The notes under the pieces are model-generated. The model saw only the letters and a program-made list of their open reading frames with translations, searched no databases and had not been told where the DNA came from. Position numbers and translations under genes: made by a program. From the human T2T-CHM13v2.0 reference genome, Homo sapiens, in the NCBI RefSeq assembly GCF_009914755.1, contig NC_060925.1: a stretch of 64,000 nucleotides of DNA; one strand, written 5' to 3'. Every line of letters begins with the position of its first letter. Within the stretch, counting starts at the first letter, position 1. Positions 61,259-64,000 of the stretch are shown piece by piece.

Positions 61259-61646
61259 AAAGTGCCATACATGCATAAGCTATCACAAAATAAGGTCTGG
61301 CACAGAGTAGCACTCCATACATATTTATCCCCAAATTAATGAGTACATATGCTACAACACTCATAAAAATCTTTCCAAAAGGAAAATACAATATACATTG
61401 ACTATTGTGTCATTTGACTTTAGAAACTTTACCCTCACAAAATCCAAAAGTATACAATGAATTTTTTTTCCCAACCCTTTCTGCTAACCATCCCACAACT
61501 CTCCTTGAAGACAACCAATGTTACCAGTTTCTTACGTACATTTCAGATATTCTATGCAAAAACAAGCAATTTTTTTCTATTTTCACACAAAATATAACAT
61601 ATGGCAAAACATATACATGCTATATACATATGTGTATATATAGTAT

Positions 61647-62175
61647 TGTTGGGGCTCAGAAAACAATGCCCTAAAATATGTTGCTTTGACATGCTGGCTT
61701 AAAGCAGCAGCCACAAACTCTATTTCTGACCCCCTGACTCCTCTCTCTGATCCTCTTCTTTTCTGAGGCACCAGAAGAGACTTTCTTTGGAATTTTCTTA
61801 TCTGAATAAGAAAACTTCTTTCCAAAAGAAATACAATTATCTTAAAACCCTCTCTCTATGAATTTCCTCAAAGAAACAGGAAAGATTAAGAGAGGAGACT
61901 GGGAGTTGTCATTATGCACAAGTAGACTTTTCCATCTATTCTTCTGAGAGAAGCTCTGAGAGATTACCTGGGAGATTGTATCTGCATAATAAGACAACAT
62001 TTGTTCTGTCTTTCACCTTCCTGTAACTTGTCCACAAACTATTGTTTGTCCTTCAATCGTTGACAAACCATTGCCTGATCTTTGGGCCCATTCATTTACG
62101 GCTTCCCCCTTTACATCTCCCCAGTGAAGATGATATTTAAGCATCAACTATCTGGTCTTTCTTTGAGTTTTCACC
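61647..62175 (+). mobile_element. MER4-group LTR (MER34/LTR54-like) in an old antisense L1M
   Basis: TGTTGGGGCTCAGAAAACAATGCCCTAAAATATG start; flanks (about 61330-61646 and 62300-62900) are antisense L1M-like. Confidence 0.7.
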
Positions 62176-62192
62176 CTTTTTCTGCCCTTACA

Positions 62193-62195
<3 letters not shown>

Positions 62196-62228
<33 letters not shown>
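62196..62228. repeat. (CA)n microsatellite
   Basis: About 16 CA units. Confidence 0.95.
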
Positions 62229-62230
<2 letters not shown>

Positions 62231-63612
62231 CTTAATTTTTTCTACTTAAGATATCTTAGAGAAAAAGTTCTAAGATCCTTAATAAGATCTTAGAAAATAC
62301 TTATGAATATATTATATTACACTTTCCAGATGTACTACAGTTTATTTAAAAGTCATCCACTAGAGGAAATTTAGATCGTTAACAATCTTTTGATTATGGA
62401 CAATGTTGCCATATAGATGTATCATTTCTGTGACTACAGCTGTAGAATAAATTCCTAGAATTGCAGAGTCAAAGACATATGTTTATAATTTTGATATATT
62501 TTTGCCAAATCACTTACCATCACTGTATGATAGAGTTGTTTACCATATTCTTACTCATATAGTCTTCAAACTTTTGAACAAACATTTAAAACAAACATCA
62601 ATTTAGTTTTCACTTAGATATATCTTATTATGAATATAACTGGGTATCTTTTTCTATGTTCAAGGGAGTCATTTATATTTCTTTTATGTGTGTATGTGAA
62701 TTCTCTCTTCATATAAATTATGACTTAAATTATGACTTTATTATTAAGTTGTAAGAATGCTTTACATACTTGGGAAACAAGCTTTTGTGATGTGAACTAA
62801 GAATCGTCTATCAGATTATTGTTACTTTTTACTTTTTGTCATAATTTATTATATGCACAAATTTTCATTTTCATACATTAAATTAAGAGTCCATACATAA
62901 CCATTTTGCTCTATTTTTTACTTGAGTTGTCATGTTGGGTGTACTAATAAATCCAATATAAGTTCACCTTACTCTCATGAATAAGATGTCTCTCTTATCT
63001 TTAGTGTGTAGATAAGATAAATGAAGTTCTGAGCGTATAAGTAACTAGTCATGCATTAAGTGGCAGAGCCAAGATTTAGACCCAGATTCTTTGGGTTACA
63101 CTTGATGTTTTTAGCCTCTTTGCTGAATTGCATCCTGAAATACCTGTAAGTTTCATGAAAGTTAAGCCTGTCTTTATTTTTTGTATTCTAATAGTACCTA
63201 ACACAGGGCAAGGCACATAGATTTTCACTAACTGATGGACTGTTTTCCATCTACTTCTTTCTCTCTCTTTCTCTTATTAATGTAGCTCTTATGGGTAACG
63301 TGCTAACTTTCAGCCTCTTATATTGATTTTTAAGAAGTCCACAAAGTCCTCAGATAAGAGAGAATTCACAGGAAGACAAACATCAGACACAAAATAGCTA
63401 AACGACATTTGTTTTAGAATAGTCTAGGGTGACTTCATTTGGACAGATAAATGTTTTCACTTTAATGGGAAGCAAAGACACTAGCTACATACAGACACTG
63501 AAGTCCTCAAATAATCAAAAGTTCACCTCTTTCTAGAGGCCAAGCAGGGAGCCAGCATCATTTACCAACCACAGAGAGGTATGACATGAGGACTGCATAT
63601 CATGGCAGTTAG

Positions 63613-64000
63613 TATTAGGGCAAGAAAATGATGCCCCAAAATACAGTGCTCTGGCATGCCAAGTGCTTTGAATTTTAAACAATGGAAAGGCCTCAGAAAT
63701 AATCCTTAGAACCAAGATCTCTCTCTGATCCTTTCCTGCTCTCCTGTGTCTCTGATCCTCTTTCTTTCCTGAAGCACCAGGACAGATTTTCTCTGGAGAA
63801 ATGCAATTGTCTTAAGACCCCCTTCCTAGGAATCTCATCAAATAACCAGGAAATATTAATCTCTAGAGAAGAGAAGACGCTAGGAGTCATTGCCATGCCC
63901 AGGCAGATTTTTCATCTGTTCTTCTGAGGACAGTTCTAAGAGATTACTTGTGAGGCTTTATCTGCATAACAACAAAACTTTTGTTCACAGTGAAGTTCCA
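63613..64000 (+). mobile_element. MER4-group LTR related to the 61647 element; runs off the window
   Basis: TATTAGGGCAAGAAAATGATGCCCCAAAATAC start; shares ..TTCTTCTGAG..TAAGAGATTAC..TTATCTGCATAA blocks. Confidence 0.7.

Overview
Primate, almost certainly human, non-coding genomic DNA: it carries an AluYa5 and a HERV-K(HML-2) LTR5_Hs-type solo LTR. It is AT-rich and roughly half or more interspersed repeat, and I see no intact protein-coding gene. The only gene-derived sequence is a 2.3-kb GRAP retrocopy (37227-39522). It is only partly spliced (intron 3 retained, exons 4 and 5 joined) and sits with a 16-bp TSD inside a complete Tigger1. Other large elements are a full-length L1PB carrying a complete THE1D-like provirus, old L1M fragments, many ERV1/MaLR LTRs, often nested, and about 20 Alus or Alu fragments. 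Beyond routine repeat annotation, four things stand out. (1) A recurring set of local template-switch or snap-back scars (33231, 49397, 60033, 21575, 34691, 62247). (2) A 370-bp unique segment with six perfect nuclear-receptor half-sites, including a consensus FXR-type IR1 (21025-21390). (3) A CTCF motif pair at 55.7 kb. (4) A chimeric AluY/AluJ without TSDs that looks like an Alu-recombination deletion scar. Repeat subfamily names and GRAP comparisons come from remembered sequences, not from a search. I cannot place the locus on a chromosome from sequence alone.
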